DNA of 60,000 bases from Lama guanicoe (taxonomy: Eukaryota), in assembly GCA_013239625.1 (NCBI GenBank), contig MU054391.1, positions 6,097,824-6,157,823 on the forward strand. Direction: 5' to 3'. The notes under the pieces were generated by a model. It did no database searches. It saw only the letters and a program-made list of their open reading frames with translations, and was not told the DNA's origin. Each line of letters starts with the position of its first letter. Position 1 is the first letter of the stretch. The translations under genes were made by a program, and so were the position numbers. Positions 22,926 to 34,385 of the stretch are shown here, piece after piece.

Positions 22926-25900
22926 AGGGGTGGGTGACTGAGGCAGTTACAGGTGTTGCCCTCCCAGGTGAGGTCCCGCCCCTCCCACCTGTGTCCACAT
23001 CCTTACAGACTCGGAAGTGCCTTCTCCAGGCGTGAGCCCCACCTCACTTACAATGATAATGAAAATAGTAAACACTCAAGTAACTGGCACTGTGCTAAGT
23101 GCTGTACACACTTTACCTCAGGCACTGACAATTGGCCCACATTCATTCATTTCAGCAGGTGGTTATTGAGGGCCTACTGTGTGCCAGGAATTCTAGGCAC
23201 AAGGAATACATCAATGGGGGGAAAAACACCTCCCCCTGCCAAAAACAAAACAACCCTCTGTCCTCGTGGAACTAATGCACACTTCCATTCTTGCTACTTT
23301 GCACACCTTGCACTAATAACACCAAAAACATTTTAATCATTAATTTTTAAATGGGATGCAGGAGCAGTCTAAAAGATGAATTTCAACATGCAAAAGTTCC
23401 CGCTGTCCTCTCAGAAAAAAAAGAGGGGAATTAAGCCAAATGTGCTTCCAGCAAGTCAATGAAGACTTTTTCCAAACACAACAATTTTAAATTACTAGCT
23501 TTCATCTTGCTGTTTTAAGGGTCCCACTATTAAGAACTCATTCACCCTGTTGTTATTAAGGGTGAAACCTAGCCGTCTAGTTATATAAAAGCCAATTAAA
23601 ATAAATTAAATGAAATACTGTTTCATTGTAATGTTAATTTTGAGCGCTGGATCAATCAAAGGTTGTGGAAATGCCAAAGTTGTTAAGACTCTGGTTGCCA
23701 TGGCGACAGCGCTCCGTCTCCAGTGGTCTGTATGGCAGTGACTGCATTTCTCTGGGCAGGGCTGGAGCTCTCTGCAGTCAGGTCTGGGTTCAGCCAGGCT
23801 ACCCGTCCCATGACTTTGGGAAGAAAGTCACCTCCCCTTTTCCTTGCTTTAGGGACGGTCTGTCTGCATCTGTGAGTCTAACAGAGCCATTCCTTCCGCA
23901 GTTCTCAGGAACTGCTGCATTAAGGTTCAGGATTTCTCGTTAGCCCTGCTGGTTTTCAGCCTGCATTTGGGGGAAACATGAATAAGAGAATCAAGGGAAG
24001 GGGCAGAAACTGCTCCCTCTCCTTCCTCACCTTTCTTAACTGACCTTTGATGAAAATGGAATTCTTTCTCATCATGGCCAACGGCCAGTGAATAACTGGC
24101 TAAGGATGGTTGTTTGTTCTGTTTTGTGTGTGTGTTTATGGAGGGTGGTGGAGGGAGTTGTTGGGATGAACTCAGTGCTTTTAACCCTTTGGCTGCCGTA
24201 GTCACATTTTCTCAGGGATTTTCCTCTGGGCCCGCCATTGTTTCACAGATGAGCACATTGGGATTCAGAGGACAGCCTGTCCAAGCTCTGGGGCTCTCAG
24301 GCAGCCGGGCCAGGATTGGTAGGGGCTCCCGGGTGCTGGGCCAGGATGGGCGGTCTCCATGGAGCCCCAGAGGCCCCTGCTTCTCTGCCTTGCCCTGTAC
24401 CAGCTTCTGTAGAGGGCTGCTCAGAGTGGGTCCCAGCCATCCTCCCTTGCCAGCATCCGACTGACGAGGCCTCAGTCCCCAGTCCTGGGCCCTAAGCTAC
24501 TGTGATGTTTCTTTGGGGAGTGTCCTGCAGTGAAACCTCCTCACGGTGTGTGGTTTTAGGACATCACGAGCCAGAACTGCTCTCCTGTCCGGGAGGAGAG
24601 CCCAGGAGTGTCTGCTCGGTGGCACCGGCCTGACTCACCATGCCTGCCCTGTGGACCTGCTGTCTCTGCTTCATCGGCACGAATTAGTACCTTGATCCTG
24701 TGGTCTGGTCCTTGAGATCCGACTGGCCTTTTCCCATCTTTGGGGGGCAGTTGTTGGGAAATGATGAAGTGGAAGGGGATTTTTAAAAACTCTGTGCAGG
24801 AGACAGGTTGTCGCACTGACATTTAATTGGCTGCAGAGCGGCTGAAAGTGCGGCCCGGCAGAAGGCAGAGGAGTGAGGCTGAAGGCTGGACGTTGCCACG
24901 GGCCTGCAGTCGCAAGACTCCACCTCGGTGCTGGCACCGATCGCCTGCTGGGTGCTCCCCGAATACGTCTTGGACAGAATACAGGGAGAGGCAGCAGGGC
25001 GCACTGGACAGCCTCGCTCCCGGGCTTGCTTGGGGGTGTGGAGGTGAGTTAGCTTAGCCATATTCTCTCGGGGTTGCTCCTCTAGTAAGTGCGGAGGGGC
25101 TCTCCCTGCTTCACGGGTCGTTGGGGCCACTAGCAAAGGCTGCCCCGCGAGCCCCAGCGTGTCGCTGGGAAGGAAGGAGGTTTCAGTGTGGGTTGAAGGA
25201 GCCTGGCATGTCATCCTCATCATCCTTGGGCTCTTAAAGCAGATAGGGGGAACTCTGGTTAATCCTGCTTTTGAAACTTGACTGACCCCTCTTTGGGGGT
25301 GGGGGTTGGGGTCCGGTGGTGCGGGCGGAACGCCTGGGCTGGGAATTCGCAGCTGGTGTGTGCGGGCCTGCCTGCCTGCCTGCCTTCCCGCCTCCGCGCC
25401 CCAAGCCTCAGTGTCTTCTCCTGTGAAGTAGAGGAGGCTGCCCGCTCTGGCCAGCTCGCTGGGGAGGGTGAGACTCAAAGGGGAGAATGGGAGAGAGGCT
25501 GGCCTGAAGCCTGTGCCTGAAGCCTGTTGAGCCCCATGTGAGGTACTCACTGTCCTTCTCAGCAGCAGCGCTGATACATTTATGAGACATGTGGTTTCAT
25601 CCCTTGGGGAGAATCGGGGCTGTGTCACTTGACACATTCTGCCTTTTATAGACCACTTGCCCCTTTTCACCGCTCCCCAGGCACTTTGAAATTGGCCAGG
25701 GCTTTCTAACAGATTCTCCAGGCCCCAGACTGGGCCACCGGCTATCATGGCCTCTTGCCCCAGATCCACCCTGTGTTCCAGCTGGGCTGGACCTTTCCAT
25801 CCCCCAAATGCATCTGCGAGTCCTTCCAGCCTCCAGCTATTTGTCTTTGCTGTCCCTTTGGCTCAGCCCCAGGCGTTGACTCCTCTGAGAAGCCCTCCTT

Positions 25901-26371
25901 TGCCAAGCTGGAGTGGACCCTTTGTCTAGGTGGCCAGGGAACACTGGGCTGACTGCTGCTTTAACGTGTGGACCCCACACCTTAGAGGGGGAGAGTGTGA
26001 GAGCCTGTCCACTGCAGCATCCTCCAAGGGGATGAGCCTGTCCGGGCCGTGAGCCGGGGCCCGCCTTCCCTGTGGCCCAGGGCCCCGTGCGGCAGCATGT
26101 GGACAGGGGCTCCTGTCGCCTCAGTTCACCTGGAATCTGGCTCCACCTTCCCCACTACTCCTGGGATTGGCAGCCATGGCTAAGCGTTGGAGAAATACCT
26201 ATATTGTTCTGGATTGTGTTAGATAGAATTTCAAAACGTGCATTTTGTGCACAGCAGTTCTGTTACCCCCAAAATGTGGAGAGCAGCTCCCCGGGCAGCT
26301 CTTGTGGGTGAGCCGTGGGAATAAAGTGCCCGTACCTTCTCTGGAGCCCCCGCAGTGGCCAGTGGTGGGTT

Positions 26372-26512
26372 AGATCTCGGCTCTTCGCTTCTTGGCCCTG
26401 TGAGCCCCGAGCAAGTCCCTTAACTGCTCTGAGCCTCCGTTTCCTCACGTGTAAATGACACTGACCGGGGAAGGCTGTCATGGGGATTAAATTAGTGAGT
26501 GCATGTTAAAGT
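26372..26512 (+). mobile_element. MIR SINE
   Basis: GCAAGTCCCTTAACTGCTCTGAGCCTCCGTTTCCTCACGTGTAAATG...GGGGATTAAATTAG...CATGTTAAAGTG. Confidence 0.8.
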
Positions 26513-27059
26513 GGTATTATGTTCATGTTAGTTATTCTGGTAATGATTGGGCTCAATTAGTTTTTTTTTCTGATTTATTTTAAAGACTGGATAGGAACCA
26601 ATTTACCAGAGTCATCTGTGGGTGTAAGTATTCTCACCTTTAGCCAAGACTTAATTTTGGCCAAGAGCGTTGTCTTATTCTGGTAGAGAATGGCGTTATT
26701 CAGAGCCGAACTGTGCGGGACTTTATTCTCTGGGTAGCATTCTCTGCAGATGACGTTAACGCTAATGACTTACTATATATGTATTCACAAGTGGGTGATT
26801 TATGGTTAACACCAGACCCGTAACTTTTCATTTCCTGGTTGATGTATCAGAAGCTTCATTCGTAATGGCCTGTTAGATTTAGTAAGTGTAAAAAGACTTC
26901 AGTTGAGGCCATTTCTGTCCCCGCGCTGTTCTGTTCGTGTGGTTCTGAGGCAGCGGCCTGGAGTGTTGGGTGGGACAGCCAAGGGCGTGGGCGCTTGATT
27001 CCCTGTGTGGTCTTCTTTGTCTCCCCCGGCCCTCTTCGTGGTAGGCAGGTGCTGGCAAG

Positions 27060-27165
27060 GATCCCCATTTTACAGAGGAGGACACTGAGGCCCAGAGAGG
27101 TTAAGTCATTTCTCTGAGGGGGTCACAGCTCTGCACGGGAACTCAGATGTGTCTGACTCCAGCCT
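27060..27165 (-). mobile_element. MIR SINE fragment
   Basis: ATCCCCATTTTACAGAGGAGGACACTGAGGCCCAGAGAGGTTAAGTCATTT. Confidence 0.8.
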
Positions 27166-27446
27166 GGAACAGCGCCTAGCACGGACCAGGTGCTCAGTAA
27201 GATTTGTTCACCATGATCTGGGTGACTCTCCCACCTGAACACTCACTACCCTGGATGTGCTGGCCTATGAGGGGTTGTTGGGGAAAATTATTAAATGCAA
27301 CTTCCTGGCCACCTCCCACCTTTCCTGTATCAGGGACACTAGGGGTGAGCCTCCGAATGCCTGTGAGCCGCCCTGGAGGGACTTATGCAGCCAGAAGTTA
27401 GAAACCCACGGCTCCAGCTTTGTGGAATCCATCTCCTTAAGAGTCT

Positions 27447-27820
27447 TGTGGTAGGCAGCATAATTGCCCCCTGCAAGGGTTCCACATTTTAATCCCTGGA
27501 GCCTGTGATTAAAATTGAGGACCTTGACCTGGGGAGAGTGTCCTGCATGGTCAGGGTGGACCCAGTGCCACCATGGGTGAATTCTTAAAAGGGAGGAGAC
27601 TTTCCCAGCTGTAGTCAGCCCGATGGCAATGTGATTTAAGACAGGGCAGATATGCAACGCAGCGCCGCTGCTGGCTTTGCAGATGGAGGAAGGGGCCACG
27701 AGCCAAGAGATGTGGGTGGCTGCTAGAAGCTGGAAAAGGCAAGGAAACAGATTCTCCCTTAGAACCTCCAGAACAGATGCAGCCCTGCGACACCTGCATC
27801 TCTGTGAGACCTGTGTCTCC
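27447..27820 (+). mobile_element. MaLR LTR (MLT1D-like), 3' truncated
   Basis: TGTGGTAGGCAGCATAATTGCCCCC...GCTGGCTTTGCAGATGGAGGAAGGGGCCACGAGCCAAG...CTAGAAGCTGGAAAAGGCAAGGAAACAGATTCTCCCTTAGAACCTCCAGAA. Confidence 0.88.
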
Positions 27821-28449
27821 AGGTGGGGCCAGGCAGGCGTGGTGCCCAGCTGCAGGAACTCCAAGTTAAAAGATTCCTGTAACAAAGTGCGTTTGAAGTG
27901 ATGCTGGTCCTGTCAACGAGGCCTCAGATTTGCCGTGTTTTGTCTAATAAAGGAGCAGCAATAGGCCCCTGGTCTGCGCGGGCTGCGGCCACATGGAGCA
28001 GAGCGCGGCTCTAAGACTCTGGCTCTAGGATCAGCCGAGCTCTGCAGGTCTTCAGCCCTCAGAACATTTCCTGTTATTTAAAACTTGGTTCTTTTGATTT
28101 TTTTGTTTTCTTTTAAACTGAAGACTTTGTGTAGTTTCTGTGGTGAGCGAGAGGTGTTTTCCTGTTCCGAGTGGCCCTGTGATCTCCGAGTGTGTGATGA
28201 GGGCCTCCTGATGGTGTCAGGGAGGCCTCGATGGTCCACCTTCTGATGAGGAAGAAAGGTGATAAACCCTGAACTTTGGGGTAGATCTTTACCACTTACA
28301 GAATGCTTTCACAGGCAGATTCTTGTTGGGTCCTTGAAGGATAGGGGTTGGGAGCATTAGCTTTGGAGGGGGTGGGGGACGGTGCTGTCCCTCCCACCCC
28401 TTGCAAGGTCAGTTACTAACCACACCGCTCCGTTTTCCCTCTGATGGAG

Positions 28450-28788
28450 ACGCTTCAACCACAGGGAAATCTCACAGCTCTGGAGGCTGAAAGTCTGAGA
28501 TCCGGGTGTCAGCAGGGTTGGTTCCTTCCAAGGCCTCTCTCCTCGGCTTGTAGACGACCACCTCCATACTGTGTCCTCACATGGTCGTCCCTCTGTGTGA
28601 GTCTGTGTCCTGATCTCCTCTTCTTCTAAGGACACCAAGTCAGATTGGATTTGGTCCACCCATGTGACCTCATTTTAATTTAATCACCCCTTTAAAGAGC
28701 CTGTCTCCAAATACAGTCACATTCTGAGGTCCTGGGGGTTAGGATGTCAGCATATGAGTCTGGGAGGCAGAACTCAGGCAGTCACACA
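28450..28788 (-). mobile_element. MaLR LTR (MLT1A/B-like)
   Basis: CTCACAGCTCTGGAGGCTGAAAGTCTGAGATC...TAAGGACACCAAGTCAGATTGGATT...TCTCCAAATACAGTCACATTCTGAGGT is the antisense of MLT1. Confidence 0.88.
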
Positions 28789-28984
28789 TGGGAATGCTAG
28801 CGTTCACCTGTTCACCTGATAAGGCTGGGAAGGGATTAATTTAAATGGTGATGTATTTAAGTGCTTAGCACCCTCAGGAGGAAAAGGAAAAGGAAAAGGA
28901 CTCTTTCTTCAGCGCCTCTTCCCAGCGGGGTCTAGGTTCTTGCTAGACCTTCCCTCACTTGATGTGCGCAGGCTGCTCTCCACA

Positions 28985-29142
28985 CCTGTTTCTCAAAGCC
29001 TGGACCCTGACCATCTGCCTGAGAATGCAGATTCATAGGCCCCATGCTGCCTTGTGGAGTCAGAAGCTACTGGTTTGGGACCTGGGAATTTTCATTTTAA
29101 ATCAGTATTGCAAGCACAGGAACTGTACTTTGAGAACCGCTG
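28985..29142. mobile_element. MER5A-like hAT-Charlie MITE
   Basis: TGTTTCTCAAAG...AATGCAGATTC...GAGTCAGAAGCT...CATTTTAA...TTTGAGAACCGCTG. Confidence 0.7.
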
Positions 29143-29319
29143 CTCAAAGCCTTGTTGATTCTGCCTCCCTAGTGCAGTCCCGTCCACGGCCCTCTTGTCC
29201 ACTGTCCTGATGTGATCGTGGCCCATTCCCCGCCCCTCCCAGGGACCAGGCCGTCCCACTTCCCTGCTCGGCTCCGTTTCCATCCATGCCTCCCGTCTCT
29301 TCTCCCAGCTGCAGGAGTG

Positions 29320-29703
29320 ACTTTCCTAAGCCACACACTACTGCTCTGCCCTCCCCATGCGCACTTCGGGGACTTGCCAGGAGTCTGCAGAGAGCAACTC
29401 CAGCTCTGGGGGCTGCCCGGCATGCAGGTTTGTCCTGCTTGGGCTCCCGCCCACCTCGCTGCCACTCCCCAGGTGCCCCGGCCCCAGCCTTCGGGAGATG
29501 CTGCCTCTCCCGCCTCCTAGGCTTTGCACATGCCCTGCCTGCCGCCCGAAGACCACACCTGTCACCCTTCCTCCTGTGTTTCCTCCGGTCTGAGTCCTCA
29601 AGCACAGGGCTAGGCCTCCTTCATGTCCTTTAGGGCACAGAGCATGGTCCCTGGATCCGGGAGACACTCAAGGAATCTTTGTTGGCTGCATGGATGAAGG
29701 AAG
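29320..29703 (+). mobile_element. Degraded LINE-2 3' fragment
   Basis: GGCTTTGCACATGCCCTGCC...GGAGACACTCAAGGAATCTTTGTTGGCTGCATGGATGAA resembles the L2 3' terminus. Confidence 0.55.
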
Positions 29704-30045
29704 TGATTTTCCAGGGTAAGATGCGAACTCCCAGTAACTTTTTCAAGTCTGCATCGCGGCCGGTGGGAAAGCTGGGCTGGCCGTCCTTCCTGGTGGATGT
29801 GTTCTCGGGGTGCGGGAGGCCATTCACTCCGTGTGTTCGCGTGTTCTGTGCCTTGGCCACCTCCTCACTTGTTCCAGGTGCCGTGTTGTCTCGGGTTGCT
29901 CCTTCCTCCCCATCTCACGAGGTGTTTCTGATCATCTTGGATTTGGAAATAACTAAGCCACCATCACTTGCTCGGCCACATTGGCCACACCTGGCTGAGC
30001 TTGCTGCCTGTGTTGGTGACATGCCCTTAGCACGGCTTAGGGAGG

Positions 30046-30267
30046 GAGCCCTGTGTCAGCTGCGGTCATCTCCCTCGGAGCCCTGAGTACCTGTCATCAT
30101 CCCACCAGGAGCCCCGTGTCACCTGTTGTCATTTCACCAGGAGCCCTGTATCACCTGTTGTTATATCAGGAGAGAGCCCTGTGTCACCTGTCATCATGAC
30201 AGTTGGGAGGCTCATGTCACCTGTTGATACCTTGTGGGGAGCCCTGTGTCACCTGTCCTCATCTCAC
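30046..30267. repeat. Minisatellite, 7 copies of a ~32-bp unit (core GAGCCCTGTGTCACCTGT)
   Basis: Units start at 30046, 30078, 30109, 30141, 30174, 30207 and 30239 (spacing 31-33). Confidence 0.9.
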
Positions 30268-31702
30268 GCTCTTCGACTGCTGGCTGCGCTGTAACCTGGC
30301 ACGTACCTGCACTCGCTCCAAGGGTCCTGGTCGGGCTGAGCCGTCGCTGCTGACCACTCTGCGGAGGAGCCGCCGGGGATGCAGGGGCACAGGGGTCGCT
30401 GAGCCCTGGTGAGCTGCTCCTCCTGCCCCGCCGCCCCTCACCCGCATCTTCATTTTATTGAGATGCTGGGTAAGATTTCATTTTTAAATCCTTAGTCAAA
30501 ATGTTTGAAAACGCTAACCGAGACAGTCTCTAAGGCCCTTCCAGCACCAGCCTCCTTTGGCTGGTAAAGCTCGTCCCTTCAGCACTGTGGGTGTATTCGC
30601 TGGACGTCACTAAGGTCAGAATGCCTGTCCCCTGTCCCTCAGGGCACCCAGAGTGGATGAGGGAGGATGGCCGGCAGGAAAGGCAGCTTGGGACGTGGCA
30701 GATGGGCCCCCCAGGTGTGAGGCGGGGGACGAGCACCTGTCCTGGCCTGGAGCTTCCACAGAGGCCCCCGCTGGTCACTTCACAGACATGTTCCAGGCCA
30801 CGTGGCTGACTCTTCGGCCACAGCTGCCCCCTCCCTGCCTGGCGGATGTGGCCTACACTTTAGGGGGCTGAACACAGCTTTGGGGAGCAGGGTCCCCGGC
30901 AGACGGGAGATCGCAGGGGCTCCAGCGGAAGAGAAGGACTCTGCAGACATCCCATCACGGAACCTGAGAGACAGTAGCCGCTGGAGAGAGGTGGGCAGGC
31001 TTTCTGAAAAAGGGCTTGAGGCTTTTAGCCTTGTGGAACTTGGCATGCAGTTTTGAGTGTTAATTTGTGCCGTGATGTGTGGAGCAGGCTGCCGTGTGTG
31101 AATTTTCCTTGTCCTGCCACTAGCATCAAACCTGGAGTGGGTCCCGCCTCCCAGGGCTCACGAAGGTCCCTCCGCCCCGACACGAGGGCAGAATCGCTTG
31201 TTTTATGGTCTCTCAGAGATGGTGGGTCCTTAGCACTCTTATCTCATCCGCCTCCCTTCCTACTTCTGTGAAAGATGACAGGGCGGTTCCAAGGGGAAGT
31301 GACTTGCCCGAGGTCACCCAGTTGGAAGCAGCGCTGGCCTGGAGCCTGCGTCCTCCCACTGTGTCCCCCCGTGTGTCCCCAGCCCATCTCCCTTCCCTCC
31401 GGTTCCCGCTTGCCTCCTAAGCATTTCCCATCTTATTCCATTGAAGACCTCGTTACAGATGAATTCATCATGTCTTCTGACTTTTTCTTTTTTAATGTTT
31501 CTGCTTAAGTCCCTGAACCTGACAGGTTTCCGTCTTCTCTGGAACTGCCCTCTTCCTCTCCAGGCACTGCCGCAGCCCCACCACCCAGTGGTTCTGGAGA
31601 AGTCCATCTCGACCCTCGCCAACCCTTCTTTGGGCAGCTTCTGCCCAGAGTGGGTAGGATGCAGGGCTCTCGTGTCCCCAAACTCCCTGCCAGGCCACAG
31701 GC

Positions 31703-32200
31703 TGTTACACATTACCCTGACACTTGCTAAATGGTAGGGAGGCTTTATTCAAGACTATGGAAAAAGGGGTTGACCCTGTTAAAACAAGGGAGAGTACAGA
31801 AAGGACCAAAGGGGACTCATAGCCAAGGAGCGGGGTCAGGGGTCAGTGGATGGAAAGTTACTAAGAGGACGCATCAAAGGTTGGGGGGTTCTTGCTTAGC
31901 TGGCCTAACAGGATTGCTGCTACAGGCAGGTCAAGGGCTTCAACATCAAAGGTGGAGGATGAGGAACAGGATCAGCGATGGGGGATCAGATATCAAGGGT
32001 TGGGGGAATTCTCCATGAGCTGGAAGATGCAGGCCGAAGTCAGGGGGACCCAAAGTCGGGGGGCCCCGGCAGAGGCCTGGTGGGGAGAAGGGCTCCTTGG
32101 GGCAGGACTGAGCAGTAACTGGACGGGTGGGATGCTTAGGGCTTGGTATGAGCTGGGGCCTGCTGGGTTTGGTCTCTTGGGCAGAGGTGGACAAAGCTAC
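31703..32200 (-). mobile_element. Old ERV LTR-like element (family uncertain)
   Basis: GCTTTATTCAAGACTA (antisense AATAAA); ATAGCCAAGGAGCGGGG...GGGGTCAGTGGATGGAAAGTTACTAAGAGG; internal repeats of ATCAA(A/G)GG. Resembles recalled ancient ERV LTRs. Confidence 0.5.
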
Positions 32201-33099
32201 TTCTCCTTTTAAAGTTGATTTGTTCCCCTCTGATAAAAGCAGTGTGTTTTCGCTGAAGAGTCTCGGGAAGCACAGAGGAGCATAAATCAAGTGGTCATAA
32301 TTAATTGTGGATGCTTGTGTCTGTGTTTGGGGTTTGGCGTTTCTCACTCTGATCCCTGCTCTCTGTAAACCCTCTAAGGGAGGTTCAGCCTGCCCTGGAG
32401 GTCAAGGGATCCAACATGTTGGTCTCAGCAGCCTCCTGCCTTCAGCACAGGTAGCGGGAAGCCAGTCTCTCCAGGGGTGGGTGCTGGCTGCAGCCTGCCG
32501 GGTAGCTCCCCAGGGTCCTGATGCCAGGTGTGCCTTCACCTGGCCACACCCAGGGGCGGGGCATCGCCTCGGATGAGTTTCCAGAGCTTGTCTTTGCGAG
32601 GAAGCAGGGGTATACCTTCCTCTGCCCCAAGCCTTTCCTGTAAACTAGAATTCCTTCATGCTCACAAAGCTGACACGTTCCAGTGTTCAACCGTGGCCAT
32701 TTTGCTTTTGAGCTTGACTTCAGTTTTGAAGAAATTATTTGTTTTTTAACACAAAAATTCTGCATCTTGGATGAGATTGGAAAACATGGAAAAGCAAAGA
32801 AGGAAAAAAAATCCCCCGTAACCACCTGCCGCCCATGTAACTCTTGATAGCGTGCTCTTGTGTGCCCCTCAGGAGTTGTTCTTGTCTCCGTGATGGTGTC
32901 CATGACGTCTGGAAGCATCGGCAGGTAGACACGTCATCAAGAACATCTTCAGCCTGTGAAGGAACAGAAGAATGTCCTGTGTCCAGACTTTATACATGCC
33001 CAGTAGTTACTTGTAATAGAAATGTGTATATTTAGCCACAATAAGATCATAGTTTCATTTATTTTGATTAATGGTTCTGTAAAGCTCTGTAAACATGAC

Positions 33100-33322
33100 A
33101 GATGGGCATAAAATAGTATCTCATGGTGGTTTTACATTGTACTTTCCTGAGTTCTAGTGAGGTGGAACACCTGTTCAGTACGTCTGTTAGCCTTTTTGGT
33201 TTCCTCTGGCGTGAACTGTGTGTTCATTTCCTTTGCCCAGTTTTTCTTTGGGTAGATTATGTTTTTCTTATTGATTTATAGATATTTTTATATTTTGGAG
33301 ATCTTATATCATCCTTTGTCAG
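33100..33322 (-). mobile_element. Old LINE-1 (L1ME-like) fragment
   Basis: AAATAGTATCTCATGGTGGTTTTACATTGTACTTTCCTGA...AGTGAGGTGGAACACCTGTTCA...TCCTTTGCCCAGTTTT is antisense L1 ORF2 C-terminal region. Confidence 0.75.
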
Positions 33323-33420
33323 TAGTACTATTTTATTTTCTGCTTTTTAAAGTTAACACATTGAGAATGTTTTTCCATGCTATTGTATACTTCATTTTAT
33401 TGGCCTTCCACTGTGGAGAT

Positions 33421-33424
<4 letters not shown>

Positions 33425-33470
<46 letters not shown>
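33425..33470. repeat. (AGAT)11 tetranucleotide microsatellite
   Basis: Uninterrupted AGAT repeat of 46 nt. Confidence 0.98.
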
Positions 33471-33471
<1 letters not shown>

Positions 33472-33530
33472 AAGAATTTAGCTGGCCATTAATGTTGTTT
33501 GCAGTTTTGCATTAGTAGGAACACAGCTGT

Positions 33531-33933
33531 GTGTCAGTCAGCTAAGTTACATTCCGGTAACAAATGACCCCCCAAATCTCTGTGGTTTACAGCATCATAA
33601 GTTTTTCTCTTGCTCAGGTTACGTAATGCTCCCCTGGTGGCTATGGCTCTGCTTGATGCCCTCATCCCAGGGGGACTGGGACTGACAGAGCAGCCCCATG
33701 TGAGACATTGCTGGTCTTGTGGCAAAGAAGAAAAGATGGTGGAGGACCATGGTTCTTTAAGCTTCTGCTCAGAAGCAGGAATTGACATGTGCCACATGTC
33801 AGTTCGCCTCGCATTTCATTGGCTAAAGCAAACCGTGTGGCCAGGCCTGATGTCAGTGGGGTGGGAAGTATCCCCCCTCCCCCCACAGTGGGGGGAGGGC
33901 CAGTGACTGTTTTGAGCAATACAGTTTACCGCA
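33531..33933 (-). mobile_element. Old MaLR LTR (MLT1I/J/K-like)
   Basis: TGTGTCAGTCAGCTAAGTTACATTCCGGTAACAAATGACCCCCCAAATCTCTGTGGTTTA...CATTTCATTGGCTAAAGCAA...GGGGTGGGAAGTAT. Confidence 0.8.
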
Positions 33934-34214
33934 TGTTATGATGACTATTTCTCTACCTCCCTCCCCCAGCTTGGGTGGTTATGCCTCAGGGTAAATTCTC
34001 TGAAGTAGATTTGCTAAGTTAGGAATATGCACATTTGTAAAGATTTTGTTGTTTGTTAGCTGGGTTTTAACTGTTGCTGAATGTCTGCTGTGAAATTACA
34101 AGGAATTATCAGCCCTGATGACCATTTTTAAAGGAAAAACATATCATTACATGGAAATACTTCACTGCATCCTCTTCCCCCATGACCGTAACCATTTGTG
34201 TAGTTGATAGTTGT

Positions 34215-34385
34215 CACATTGCTTTCATATTTTATTTACTTCTCACAGCCACCTTGGAAGGTTTGGTGTCTCATCGCTGTTCTATGGACAAGATGCCTGA
34301 GGCTCAGAGAAGTTGAGATGTTTGCTCAGGGCTACACAGCTAGTAATGAGGAGAAACCCTGACTCCAGCCCAGTCCTGGGCTCTT
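34215..34385 (-). mobile_element. MIR SINE
   Basis: CTGAGGCTCAGAGAAGTTGAGATGTTTGCTCAGGGCTACACAGCTAGTAA. Confidence 0.75.

Noticed and set aside
24783..25769. Longest ORF (328 aa, - strand)
   Set aside because: No recognisable domain. The Pro/Ala/Gly/Ser-rich composition is typical of chance frames in GC-rich intron DNA, it includes a (GCCT)n repeat translation, and there is no promoter or splice support.
30046..30267. CRISPR-like repeat-spacer appearance
   Set aside because: Mammalian intron with no cas genes. The repeats are imperfect, and the ~14-bp linkers are too short and related to one another. It is a minisatellite.
33783..33801. Palindrome TGACATGTG-C-CACATGTCA as a p53 site
   Set aside because: The CATG cores are spaced one base too close for two RRRCWWGYYY half-sites, the flanks mismatch, and it lies within an MLT1 LTR.
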